NCBI GenBank assembly: GCA_025059775.1
Contig: JANXCW010000003.1
Span: forward strand, 80,284 to 144,283
Reading direction: 5' to 3'
DNA from: Armatimonadota bacterium
GTDB lineage: Bacteria > Sysuimicrobiota > Sysuimicrobiia > Sysuimicrobiales > Sysuimicrobiaceae
DNA length: 64,000 nt
The stretch's first letter is position 1; every line of letters begins with the position of its first letter. The notes beneath the pieces were generated by a model. It was not told the origin of the DNA, searched no databases, and saw nothing but the letters and a program-made list of their open reading frames with translations. A program made the position numbers and the translations under genes. Positions 56,324 to 64,000 of this stretch are shown one piece after another.

Positions 56324-57361
56324 ATGCCCCTTGCCACGGAAGTCTATGGGCAGGCGGCCAGCACCCTGCGCAACGTGCTCTTTGAGGTCAAGAAGGTCAT
56401 CGTGGGCCAGGACCTCATGCTGGAGCGGCTCCTGGTGGCCCTCCTTGCCCGAGGCCATGTGCTCATCGAGGGGGTCCCGGGGCTCGCGAAGACCCTCACG
56501 GTGAAGACCCTGGCCCGGGTCATCGGTGGAGAGTTCAAGCGGATCCAGTTCACCCCGGACCTCGTGCCCGCGGACCTCATCGGCACCCGCATCTACAACC
56601 AAGCCCGGGGGACCTTCGAGACGGAGCTGGGACCCATCTTTGCCAACCTGGTGCTGGCAGACGAGATCAACCGGGCTCCCGCCAAGGTGCAGTCGGCGCT
56701 TCTGGAGGCCATGCAGGAGCGGCAGGTCACCATCGGCAAGCAGACGTTTAAGCTTCCGGATCCCTTCCTCGTCATGGCGACCCAGAACCCCATCGAGAGC
56801 GAGGGAACGTACCCCCTGCCGGAGGCGCAGCTGGACCGGTTCATGTTCAAGGTGGTGATCGGGTATCCCTCCGTGCACGAGGAGATCGAGGTGGTGGAGC
56901 GGGGCACCGGAGAGCGCCCTCCGGAGGCGAACCAGGTGATCGACACGGAGCAGCTGCGGGAGCTGCAGCGGATTACGGACACCGTGTACGTGCCCCCGCG
57001 GGTGATGGAGTACGCGGTCTCCCTGGCGGTGGCTACCCGGGACCCGGGCGGCGTGGGGCTGCCGGAGCTGCGCCGGTACATCTCCTTCGGGGCAAGCCCC
57101 CGGGCCCCCCTGAACCTGGTGCTGGGTGGGAAGGCCCTGGCAGTCCTGCGGGGGCGGGAGTACGTGCTGCCCGAGGACGTGCGGGATCTGAGCTTTGAGG
57201 TCCTGCGGCACCGTATGGTGCTCTCCTACGAGGCCCTGGCGGAGGAGGTGAGCCCCGACCAGATCATCACCCGCATCCTGGAGCGGGTGCCCCTTCCCAA
57301 GGTGCACATCGGGGATCCGTATGGAGACACCCGAGCAGATCTTGAGGCGCCTCGAGTTTAA
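56324..57361 (+). CDS. MoxR-family AAA+ ATPase
   Basis: VIVGQDLMLERLLVALLARGHVLIEGVPGLAKT (Walker A), LADEINRAPAKVQSALLEAMQE, ATQNPIE matches MoxR/AAA_3. Confidence 0.9.
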   Translation: MPLATEVYGQAASTLRNVLFEVKKVIVGQDLMLERLLVALLARGHVLIEGVPGLAKTLTVKTLARVIGGEFKRIQFTPDLVPADLIGTRIYNQARGTFETELGPIFANLVLADEINRAPAKVQSALLEAMQERQVTIGKQTFKLPDPFLVMATQNPIESEGTYPLPEAQLDRFMFKVVIGYPSVHEEIEVVERGTGERPPEANQVIDTEQLRELQRITDTVYVPPRVMEYAVSLAVATRDPGGVGLPELRRYISFGASPRAPLNLVLGGKALAVLRGREYVLPEDVRDLSFEVLRHRMVLSYEALAEEVSPDQIITRILERVPLPKVHIGDPYGDTRADLEAPRV

Positions 57362-58211
57362 GGTCGTCCGGCGGCTGGACGGGTTCCTGTTCGGCGACTA
57401 CACGGGAATCTTCTACGGCCCCAGCCTCGACCTCGCGGAGGTCCGGGAGTACATCCCGGGGGACGAAGTCCGGCGCATCGACTGGAACGTCACCGCCCGC
57501 ACCGCCCGCCTGCATGTCCGCCAGTACCTGGAGGAGAAGGAGCTCACCGCGTGGTTCCTCGTGGACCTCTCCCCCTCCATGGGCTTCGGCACCCGGAGGG
57601 TCCTCAAGCGGGAGTTGGCCGCGGAGTTCTGCGGGGCCGCCGCCTACATCGTGGCACGGCACGGGGACAAGGTGGGGGCTTTGCTCTTCCCGAACCGGAT
57701 CCTGCTCCCACCCCGGACTGGCCGGCGACACGTCCTGCGGCTGGTGCACGCCCTCACCCGGACGGAGAAGGTTCCAAACGGAGGCCGCACGGACCTCGCG
57801 GAGGCCCTCCGCTCCCTGCACCGAATGCTGCGGCGGCGGTCGCTGTTGTTTCTGGTCTCCGATTTTCTGGCCCCGGACGGGTGGGAGGGACCGTTGCGGC
57901 ACCTGGCCCACCGGCATGACGTGATCGCGGTGCACATCACGGACCCCGCGGAACGGGAACTGCCAGACGTGGGCGTGGTGACCTTCGAGGATCCAGAGAC
58001 CGCGGAGCAGGTGCGGGTGGACACCTCAGATCCCGCGGTGCGCAAGGCCTACCGGGAGCTCGTGGCCGCGCGGGAGGAGCGGCTGCGGAGGGTCTTCCGG
58101 AGTGCGGGCGTGGACGTGCTTACCCTCTCCACCCACACCAGCATCGTGGAGCCCCTGGTGCGGTTCGTGGCGTTCCGGAGGAGGCGGCGGTGGAGTTCAC
58201 GTGGCCGGTGA
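57321..58211 (+). CDS. DUF58-domain protein (MoxR partner)
   Basis: ATG 57321, overlapping the MoxR gene by 41 nt. RRLDGFLFGDYTGIFYGPSLDLAEVREYIPGDEVRRIDWNVTART is the typical DUF58 core. Confidence 0.8.
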   Translation: METPEQILRRLEFKVVRRLDGFLFGDYTGIFYGPSLDLAEVREYIPGDEVRRIDWNVTARTARLHVRQYLEEKELTAWFLVDLSPSMGFGTRRVLKRELAAEFCGAAAYIVARHGDKVGALLFPNRILLPPRTGRRHVLRLVHALTRTEKVPNGGRTDLAEALRSLHRMLRRRSLLFLVSDFLAPDGWEGPLRHLAHRHDVIAVHITDPAERELPDVGVVTFEDPETAEQVRVDTSDPAVRKAYRELVAAREERLRRVFRSAGVDVLTLSTHTSIVEPLVRFVAFRRRRRWSSRGR

Positions 58212-59203
58212 TGCTGGTGGGGTTGGCGGGTGTGCCTCTGCTGGTGGCGGGGTGGTGGGCCCTGCGCCGCTACCAGGCCAGAGCCGCCACCGCATTCGCG
58301 GACCCCCACCTGCTGCCCCTGCTGCGCCGGGGACGGAGGGTGCGGGCACCGCACCTGCCGCTCTACCTGTACCTCGGGGCCATCGTGCTGTTCGTCCTGG
58401 CCTCCGCCCGTCCCGTGGGAGCCATCCTCCTCCCCGCGAACCGGGCCGCGGTGGTGCTCGCGGTGGACATGAGCAAGAGCATGGTGGCCACCGACCTCCC
58501 GCCCAGCCGCCTGGAAGTCGCCAAGCAGGTGGCCCGGGAATTCCTGCGGACTGTACCCCGCAGCGCCAAGGTGGGACTCGTGTCCTTCAGCGACTACGCA
58601 CAGGTGCTGGTGCGGCCCACCACCCAGCATCAGGACGTGCTGGAGGCCTTAGAACGCCTGCAGCCCACCCAGGCCACCTCCATCGGCTCAGCCATCCTCA
58701 CCGCGGTGCGAGCCCTCCCTGGCCGGGAACAGGCGGGGCAGGAGCTCCTCACAGGGCAGCCGGGGATGCTCCCGATTCCGCCTCCCACGCCCGCGCCCAC
58801 CCAGGAGCCTCTTCCGCCCGGCGCCATCCTTCTGATCTCAGACGGTGTGAGCAACCTCGGTGTGGATCCCTTCCAGGCGGCCCAGGTGGCCCGGCGGTTC
58901 GAGGTGAAGATCTACACGGTGGGGGTAGGAACCCCGCAGGGCAGTGTTCAGACGGTGGACGGCCAGCTGGTCTTCATCCCCTTCGACCCCACGGGGCTGC
59001 AGCAGATCGCGGCGATCACGGGCGGCCGGTACTTCTACCCTCCCACCAGTGAGGACCTGCGGCGGGTGTACCGGGAGCTGGGCCGGTCCTTCGGATGGGA
59101 GCGGCAGCGTATGGAGCTTTCGGTCCTCTTCGCCGCGGCCGGAGCGCTCGCCATGATGGCAGGGGGAGCGCTCTCCCTCGCGTGGCATCGGAGGCTCCCG
59201 TGA
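58190..59203 (+). CDS. VWA-domain membrane protein (BatA-like)
   Basis: N-terminal TM helix, vWA/MIDAS region (VVLAVDMSKSM...S.S...), C-terminal TM. Confidence 0.75.
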   Translation: MEFTWPVMLVGLAGVPLLVAGWWALRRYQARAATAFADPHLLPLLRRGRRVRAPHLPLYLYLGAIVLFVLASARPVGAILLPANRAAVVLAVDMSKSMVATDLPPSRLEVAKQVAREFLRTVPRSAKVGLVSFSDYAQVLVRPTTQHQDVLEALERLQPTQATSIGSAILTAVRALPGREQAGQELLTGQPGMLPIPPPTPAPTQEPLPPGAILLISDGVSNLGVDPFQAAQVARRFEVKIYTVGVGTPQGSVQTVDGQLVFIPFDPTGLQQIAAITGGRYFYPPTSEDLRRVYRELGRSFGWERQRMELSVLFAAAGALAMMAGGALSLAWHRRLP

Positions 59204-60177
59204 GCTTCCAGTGGCCCGCGGCCCTGGTGAGCCTGTTTCTGCTTCCCCTCTTGACCTGGGGATACCGGGGGCTACTGCGGCGGCGAAGCGCTCGGGCGGT
59301 CATGCATCCGGACGCCGCGACCCTCCTGACCGCCGCGGCCCGGGGAAGGCGCTGGTGGCAGCACCTGGGCGCGATCCTGTTCGGCAGCGCCCTCGCGGCG
59401 GCCCTGATGGCGCTTGCCCGGCCCGTGGCGCCGCTTCCGGTCCCCGCCAGCAACGTGTACGTGGTGCTCTCCCTGGACGTGAGCCGCAGCATGCTGGCGG
59501 AGGACATCCCGCCGAACCGCCTGGAGGCCACCAAGCGGGCGGCGGTGGAGTTCGTGCGGGCCATGCCCCGGGACGCCCGGGTGGGGCTTGTGACCTTCAG
59601 CTCGTACGCCTCCCTCCTGGTGCCGCCCACCACGGACCACGAGCGGGTGATCCGCGCCATCGAGGGGCTCGTGGCGGAGTTCGCCACCGCTATCGGGGAC
59701 GGGCTGTTGGAGGCCGTCTACGCCCTCCCGGGGCGGGAGCGACCCCAGGACCTCTCCACTCCCCCCCGAGCCCCTCAGGGCAAGCTCCCCCCCGGTACCG
59801 TGGTGCTCATGAGCGACGGACAGAGCAACCGGGGCGTCCCGCCCCTGGACGCGGCCCGCATCGCCCGGGATCTCCAGGTAAAGGTGTTCACGGTGGGGGT
59901 AGGGACTCCCGAGGGCACCTTCCTGAACCTCGGCGGCCGCATGATCTGGGTGCGCCTCGATGAGGAGACGCTCAAGGAGATCGCGGCCATCACGGACGGC
60001 ACCTATCACCACGCTTCCACCGCCTCGGAGCTGCGGCGCGTTTACCGTACCCTGGGCCGGGTGATCGGGTGGGAGAAGCGACCCACAGAGGTCACCGCCC
60101 TCGCGGCGGCCGCGGCCGCCGTCCTCCTCGCAGGCTCCGTGGCCATCTCCATGCTCCAGCTCCACCGCCTGCCCTGA
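59200..60177 (+). CDS. VWA-domain membrane protein (BatB-like), paralogue of the preceding gene
   Basis: GTGA overlap. VVLSLDVSRSM MIDAS motif. Same architecture as 58190. Confidence 0.75.
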   Translation: MSFQWPAALVSLFLLPLLTWGYRGLLRRRSARAVMHPDAATLLTAAARGRRWWQHLGAILFGSALAAALMALARPVAPLPVPASNVYVVLSLDVSRSMLAEDIPPNRLEATKRAAVEFVRAMPRDARVGLVTFSSYASLLVPPTTDHERVIRAIEGLVAEFATAIGDGLLEAVYALPGRERPQDLSTPPRAPQGKLPPGTVVLMSDGQSNRGVPPLDAARIARDLQVKVFTVGVGTPEGTFLNLGGRMIWVRLDEETLKEIAAITDGTYHHASTASELRRVYRTLGRVIGWEKRPTEVTALAAAAAAVLLAGSVAISMLQLHRLP

Positions 60178-60178
60178 C

Positions 60179-60691
60179 CTACTGCGCCCACAGGCCCCTC
60201 CGGGCCTCCCGCGCCAGGCGCTGGCAGGTTCGGAACCACTCCACGTACCGGACGTTGGGCGGTACGGTGTACAGCCGCGCGTACCCGGATTCCAGCAGCT
60301 CCAGGTTGAACAGACGCCCCCCGAGCCACACATAGCCCAGGAGTCTCCTGTAGCGGTCCCGTGGCTCCACGTCCAGCTCCAAACCCACCCGACGCCCCAC
60401 GAGCCGACCGCGGGTGAACTGGGCCGCGAGACGCGCCACCTCCCGGATGGACGGGCGGGGATCCCGCATCTCCGGGGTGTCCACCCCGATGAGCCGGATG
60501 CGCTCCAGATTCCCGTGGACCTCCACCTCCACCGTATCCCCGTCCACCGCGTGCCGCACGGTGGCTTCCAGGACCGCCTCCGGACGCGGCGGGTGGGGGC
60601 AGAGGGAGGTGGAGGGGCGCTGCTGCCACAGGAAGAATGCCGCGAGGAGAAGGGCGAGGGAACCGAGGCCCAGGGCACCGCGCCGTCGCAT
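60179..60691 (-). CDS. Secreted thermonuclease (staphylococcal nuclease-like, SNase fold)
   Basis: Signal peptide, VDGDTVEV...RIRLIGVDTPE... and later YVWLGGRLFNLELLESGYA, the SNase Ca-binding/catalytic pattern. Confidence 0.8.
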   Translation of the reverse strand: MRRRGALGLGSLALLLAAFFLWQQRPSTSLCPHPPRPEAVLEATVRHAVDGDTVEVEVHGNLERIRLIGVDTPEMRDPRPSIREVARLAAQFTRGRLVGRRVGLELDVEPRDRYRRLLGYVWLGGRLFNLELLESGYARLYTVPPNVRYVEWFRTCQRLAREARRGLWAQ

Positions 60692-60694
60692 GGG

Positions 60695-62137
60695 CTACAT
60701 GGGCTCCACGTCGTGCGGGTAGCTCTCCCGCAGACCCGCGGGGGTGATCCGGATGAACTCCGCGTTTCGCTGCAGCTCCTCGATGGTCCGGGCCCCGCAA
60801 TAGCTCATCCCGCCGCGCAGCCCGCCGAGGAGCTGCGCGACCACGTCCGCCACCTTGCCCCGGTAGGGCACCCGGGCTTCGATCCCCTCCGCCACGATCT
60901 GGCTCAGCTCCTCCTCCTCCACGGGGTGGTCCAGGGATCGCCTACGGGCCGTGGCCCACAGGCTCGCCATCCCGCGGAAGAGCTTGTACTGTTGCCCTCC
61001 CTGCACCACCAGCGCCCCGGGGCTCTCCTCCGTGCCCGCGAGGAGGTTGCCGAGCATTACGGTATGCGCACCCGCGGCCAGGGCCTTGGTGATGTCCCCG
61101 GAGTTCCGGATGCCGCCGTCCGCGATCACGGGCACGTCGTACTCCCGGGCCACCCGGGCCGCGTCCAGGATGGCGGTGAGCTGCGGTACGCCCGCGCCCG
61201 TGACGATGCGGGTGGTGCAGGTGCTGCCGGGCCCCACCCCTACTTTCACCGCATCCGCGCCTGCCAGGATGAGGTCCCGGGCTCCTTCCGCGGTGGCCAC
61301 GTTGCCCGCGATGAGGGGGATCCCCGGAAACTCCTCCCGGAGCCGCTCCAGGGCCCGGAGCACGCCCTCGCTGTGTCCGTGGGCCACGTCTACCACGAGC
61401 ACATCGACGTCCTCGGCCGCCAGGGCCGCGGCCCGCTCGAGGTAATCCCCCCGGATGCCCACCGCTGCACCCACCCGCAGACGGCCCTTATTGTCCTTCG
61501 TGGCCTGGGGGTAGCGCATCCGGCTCTGGATGTCCCGCTGGGTGATGAGGCCCCGGAGCCTGCCCTGCCTGTCCACGAGCGGCAGCTTCTCCACCCGGTG
61601 CCGGTGCAGGATCTCCTTGGCCTCCTCAATCGTCACCTCAGGTGGCGCGGTCACCAGCCGCTCCCGCGGAGTCATCACGCGGGTGATGGGCTGGTCCAGG
61701 TCCTCTTCGAAGAGGAGGTCGCGGGCGGTCACGAGCCCCAGGAGCCTTCCCTCCTCGTCCACCACCAGCAGTCCCGCGGACCCGTGCTCCTCCATGAAGG
61801 CCACCGCCTCCCGCAGGGTCTGGTGTGGCCGGAAGGTATAGGGGCGGTCGATGACCACGCTTTCGGCCCGTTTCACCCGCCGCACCTCCGCGGCCTGCTG
61901 CTCGATGGGCAGGAACCGGTGGATGATACCGATCCCACCCACCCGGGCCATGGCGATGGCCATCTCGCTCTCCGTGACGGAGTCCATGTTGGCGCTCACG
62001 ATGGGGATCTCCATCTCGATCCCCCGGCACAGGCGGGTGCGGGTGCTCACCTCCGCGCGGGAGGCCACGCCGCTGCGCTTGGGCACCAACAGCACGTCGT
62101 CAAATGTGAGTCCCAACCGGAACGTGTCCTGAGGCAT
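60695..62137 (-). CDS. guaB: Inosine-5'-monophosphate dehydrogenase
   Basis: [10 protein letters not shown], tandem CBS pair, active-site loop [28 protein letters not shown]. Confidence 0.95.
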   Translation of the reverse strand: MPQDTFRLGLTFDDVLLVPKRSGVASRAEVSTRTRLCRGIEMEIPIVSANMDSVTESEMAIAMARVGGIGIIHRFLPIEQQAAEVRRVKRAESVVIDRPYTFRPHQTLREAVAFMEEHGSAGLLVVDEEGRLLGLVTARDLLFEEDLDQPITRVMTPRERLVTAPPEVTIEEAKEILHRHRVEKLPLVDRQGRLRGLITQRDIQSRMRYPQATKDNKGRLRVGAAVGIRGDYLERAAALAAEDVDVLVVDVAHGHSEGVLRALERLREEFPGIPLIAGNVATAEGARDLILAGADAVKVGVGPGSTCTTRIVTGAGVPQLTAILDAARVAREYDVPVIADGGIRNSGDITKALAAGAHTVMLGNLLAGTEESPGALVVQGGQQYKLFRGMASLWATARRRSLDHPVEEEELSQIVAEGIEARVPYRGKVADVVAQLLGGLRGGMSYCGARTIEELQRNAEFIRITPAGLRESYPHDVEPM

Positions 62138-62206
62138 GATCCGCCTCCTGGTGGCCGACTTCGGGGGAAGAGTTACCCCTTACGCAGAATGAAGGAAGAA
62201 GGGATC

Positions 62207-63715
62207 ATGCGCAACGGGGCCAAGGAGCTGCTGGCCTACCACGAGGCCACCAAGCACTCCTACTGGAGCGTGCGGAGCGCTCCGGGAGGGTTGGACTGGT
62301 CCAACGAGCCCCGCCTGCGGAAGCGCTACCGGGGACCGGACCTGCTTCCGCTTCCCCGGGACCTCCCAAGGGGCGGCCTTGCCGCGGTGGAGGCAGTGGC
62401 CTCGCCCGGGAGCGAGGGGAGGGGGAGCCTCGATCTCCGCACCCTGACGGCCCTGCTGCATTACTCTGCGGGGATCCTGCGCACCCGCCGCTACCCGGGC
62501 GGCGAGATCGCCTTCCGGGCCGCTCCCTGTACCGGGGCCCTCTACCACCTCGAGGTCTATGTGGTGTGCGCGGACCTGGTGGGGCTTCCCGCGGGCGTGT
62601 ACCACTACGGGCCGCACGACCACGGGCTGCACCGACTGCGCACGGGGGACTACCGAGCCCTCCTGGCCCGGGCCGCGGGAGGGGAGGAGAGGGTGGAGCG
62701 GTGTGCGGCGGCGCTGATCGTGACCAGCATGTGGCAGCGGAATGCCTGGAAGTACCGGGCCCGGGCCTACCGGCACGTCTTCTGGGACGCGGGCACCCTG
62801 CTCAGCAACCTCCTCGCGATGTCGGCCGCCCATGAAATCCCCGCGCGGGTGCTTGTTGGGTTCGTGGATCGGGAGGTCGCGCGGCTTTTGGATCTGGATC
62901 CGGACCGGGAGCTCCCCGTGGCCCTGGTGGCCCTGGGGAGCGGAGATCCCCCTTCGCCGTCGCCCCCCGTAGGACCCCTGGACTACGCCACAGAGCCCAT
63001 CCTGCGCCGGGAGATCAGAGAGCCCCTCCTCCTCGCCGCCCACGCGGCCTCCTCGTTCAGGAGTCCGGAGGAAGTGCGGACCTGGCGCGACTTCCAGGTT
63101 GACGTCCGGCGCGGAGAGGTGTCCGGAACCCTCTACCCCCTTCGCCGCATGCCTCCGGACCAGCTGCCGAGGATCCCCGTGGAAGACGTGATCCTCCGGA
63201 GGCGATCCACCCGTCGGTTCGGGAGGACGGCGATTCCCTTCGAGGCTTTCTCGGAGATCCTCCTGCGGGCTACGGGAGCCATTCCCGCGGATTTCGTCTC
63301 GGACGATACCTCCCTTGTCGTTCCCTTCCTGATCGTGCACGCAGTGGAAGCACTCCCACAGGGTACGTACGTGTTCCATCGGGATCGAGGGGCCTTAGAG
63401 CTCCTTCGGGCAGGGGAGTTCCGGGAGGAGGCCAGCTACCTGGCCCTGGAGCAGCCCGCGGCGGGGTCGGCGGCGGTGGCGGTGTTCTGGATGACGCGGC
63501 TGGATCAGGTCCTGGGGTCCCTGGGAGCCAGGGGATATCGGGCTGCGCAGCTGGAGGGCGGGGTCCGGGGAGGGAAGGTTTACCTCCTGGCCCACGCCCT
63601 GGGCCTGCGGGCCACGGCTCTCACCTTCTACGACGACGAGGTCACGGAATTCCTCCTGCCGGCCGCTTCCGGCTACAGCCCCATGTTCCTGGTGGTGTTC
63701 GGCCCTAGGGCGTAG
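62207..63715 (+). CDS. Two-domain SagB-type dehydrogenase / nitroreductase-superfamily protein
   Basis: ATG 62207 after GAAGGAAGAAGGGATC. Two tandem nitroreductase-like halves, each with the SagB/ThcOx-type start (..LLAYHEATKHSYWS.. and ..VILRRRSTRRFGRTAIPFEAF..). The 60515..63715 ORF is an upstream extension over the divergent region. Confidence 0.7.
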   Translation: MRNGAKELLAYHEATKHSYWSVRSAPGGLDWSNEPRLRKRYRGPDLLPLPRDLPRGGLAAVEAVASPGSEGRGSLDLRTLTALLHYSAGILRTRRYPGGEIAFRAAPCTGALYHLEVYVVCADLVGLPAGVYHYGPHDHGLHRLRTGDYRALLARAAGGEERVERCAAALIVTSMWQRNAWKYRARAYRHVFWDAGTLLSNLLAMSAAHEIPARVLVGFVDREVARLLDLDPDRELPVALVALGSGDPPSPSPPVGPLDYATEPILRREIREPLLLAAHAASSFRSPEEVRTWRDFQVDVRRGEVSGTLYPLRRMPPDQLPRIPVEDVILRRRSTRRFGRTAIPFEAFSEILLRATGAIPADFVSDDTSLVVPFLIVHAVEALPQGTYVFHRDRGALELLRAGEFREEASYLALEQPAAGSAAVAVFWMTRLDQVLGSLGARGYRAAQLEGGVRGGKVYLLAHALGLRATALTFYDDEVTEFLLPAASGYSPMFLVVFGPRA

Positions 63716-63903
63716 GGATCCTGGCACGCTTCTTGCCGTCCCCCCCTGCAGGTGGGAAGGCGGATGTGCCGTGGAGGCGTGGCTGGACCGGGTTTCGGTG
63801 TCCGGGGAGGACTTCCGGGGGGTCGCCCGGAGGGGGCTCGTGGTGGTCCTGCTTGGAGGTCCCCTGGCAGCCGTCCTCGCCCTGGCCGCGCACCCCGCCT
63901 GGG

Positions 63904-64000
63904 ATGTCCCGGAGGGTGGCGGATGTGCGGGCCCTGTGGTTGGGGTTGGCGTTTCTGAGCATCTCTGGATTTTTCCTGGTCCACGCCCTTGCCACCCCGC
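63904..64000 (+). CDS. Possible start of a membrane protein (3' end outside window)
   Basis: ATG 63904 gives MSRRVADVRALWLGLAFLSISGFFLVHALATP (basic N-terminus then hydrophobic stretch). Too short for the ORF track. Weak. Confidence 0.25.
   Translation, partial: MSRRVADVRALWLGLAFLSISGFFLVHALATP

Noticed and set aside
62189-62206. Upstream ATG (MKEEGI-) as start of the SagB-type gene
   Set aside because: No RBS in front of it. ATG 62207 follows GAAGGAAGAAGGG at ideal spacing.
1-64000. CRISPR arrays
   Set aside because: No regularly spaced short direct repeats seen. The only tandem repeat is the 2x23-bp promoter duplication at 18549-18594.

Overview
This is a very GC-rich bacterial chromosomal window, densely coded and almost entirely on the + strand. 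Every long ORF antisense to a recognisable gene lacks its own family match and is treated as GC-driven noise. I support about 65 protein genes, two tRNAs (Gln-CUG, Glu-CUC) and several regulatory elements. I found no CRISPR array, transposase, integrase or prophage signature.

Gene content and synteny suggest a thermophilic, high-GC Firmicutes-like organism:
- hpf–(DUF3048)–secA–prfB, with the classic RF2 +1 frameshift
- csaB/tagA next to spoVS
- SLH-domain proteins

Main blocks, in order:
1. A minus-strand operon (1708–4815): a zinc-finger anti-sigma-like protein, an SLH–SPOR–phosphodiester glycosidase and a CopC-like protein.
2. An XRE regulator and a DUF402 gene, separated by a structured convergent terminator region.
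3. hpf–DUF3048–secA–prfB.
4. A membrane protein, csaB, tagA-like and spoVS (secondary cell-wall polymer pyruvylation cluster).
5. prs, then gltX followed directly by a promoter and tRNA-Gln/tRNA-Glu.
6. A DAO-family oxidoreductase, an ECF S-component, and an IclR-controlled hydroxypyruvate isomerase/HpcH aldolase/tartronate-semialdehyde-reductase/sugar-ABC locus.
7. A large catabolic supercluster (27.6–44.9 kb): ALDH, a three-subunit Mo-hydroxylase, Liv-type ABC transporter, cyclase, tautomerase, SDR, HisD-like dehydrogenase, VOC, class-A FAD monooxygenase, extradiol dioxygenase, flavin reductase and LLM monooxygenase. I read this as a candidate, uncharacterised N-heterocycle/aromatic degradation pathway.
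8. An ATPase-less oligopeptide-type ABC importer with two SDRs, a hydrolase and a Zn-ADH.
9. A second, paralogous sugar ABC system whose binding protein is frameshifted.
10. MoxR–DUF58–VWA–VWA.
11. A convergent thermonuclease and guaB, then a divergent two-domain SagB-type dehydrogenase.

All functional calls are homology-by-eye from the translations. No database search was run.
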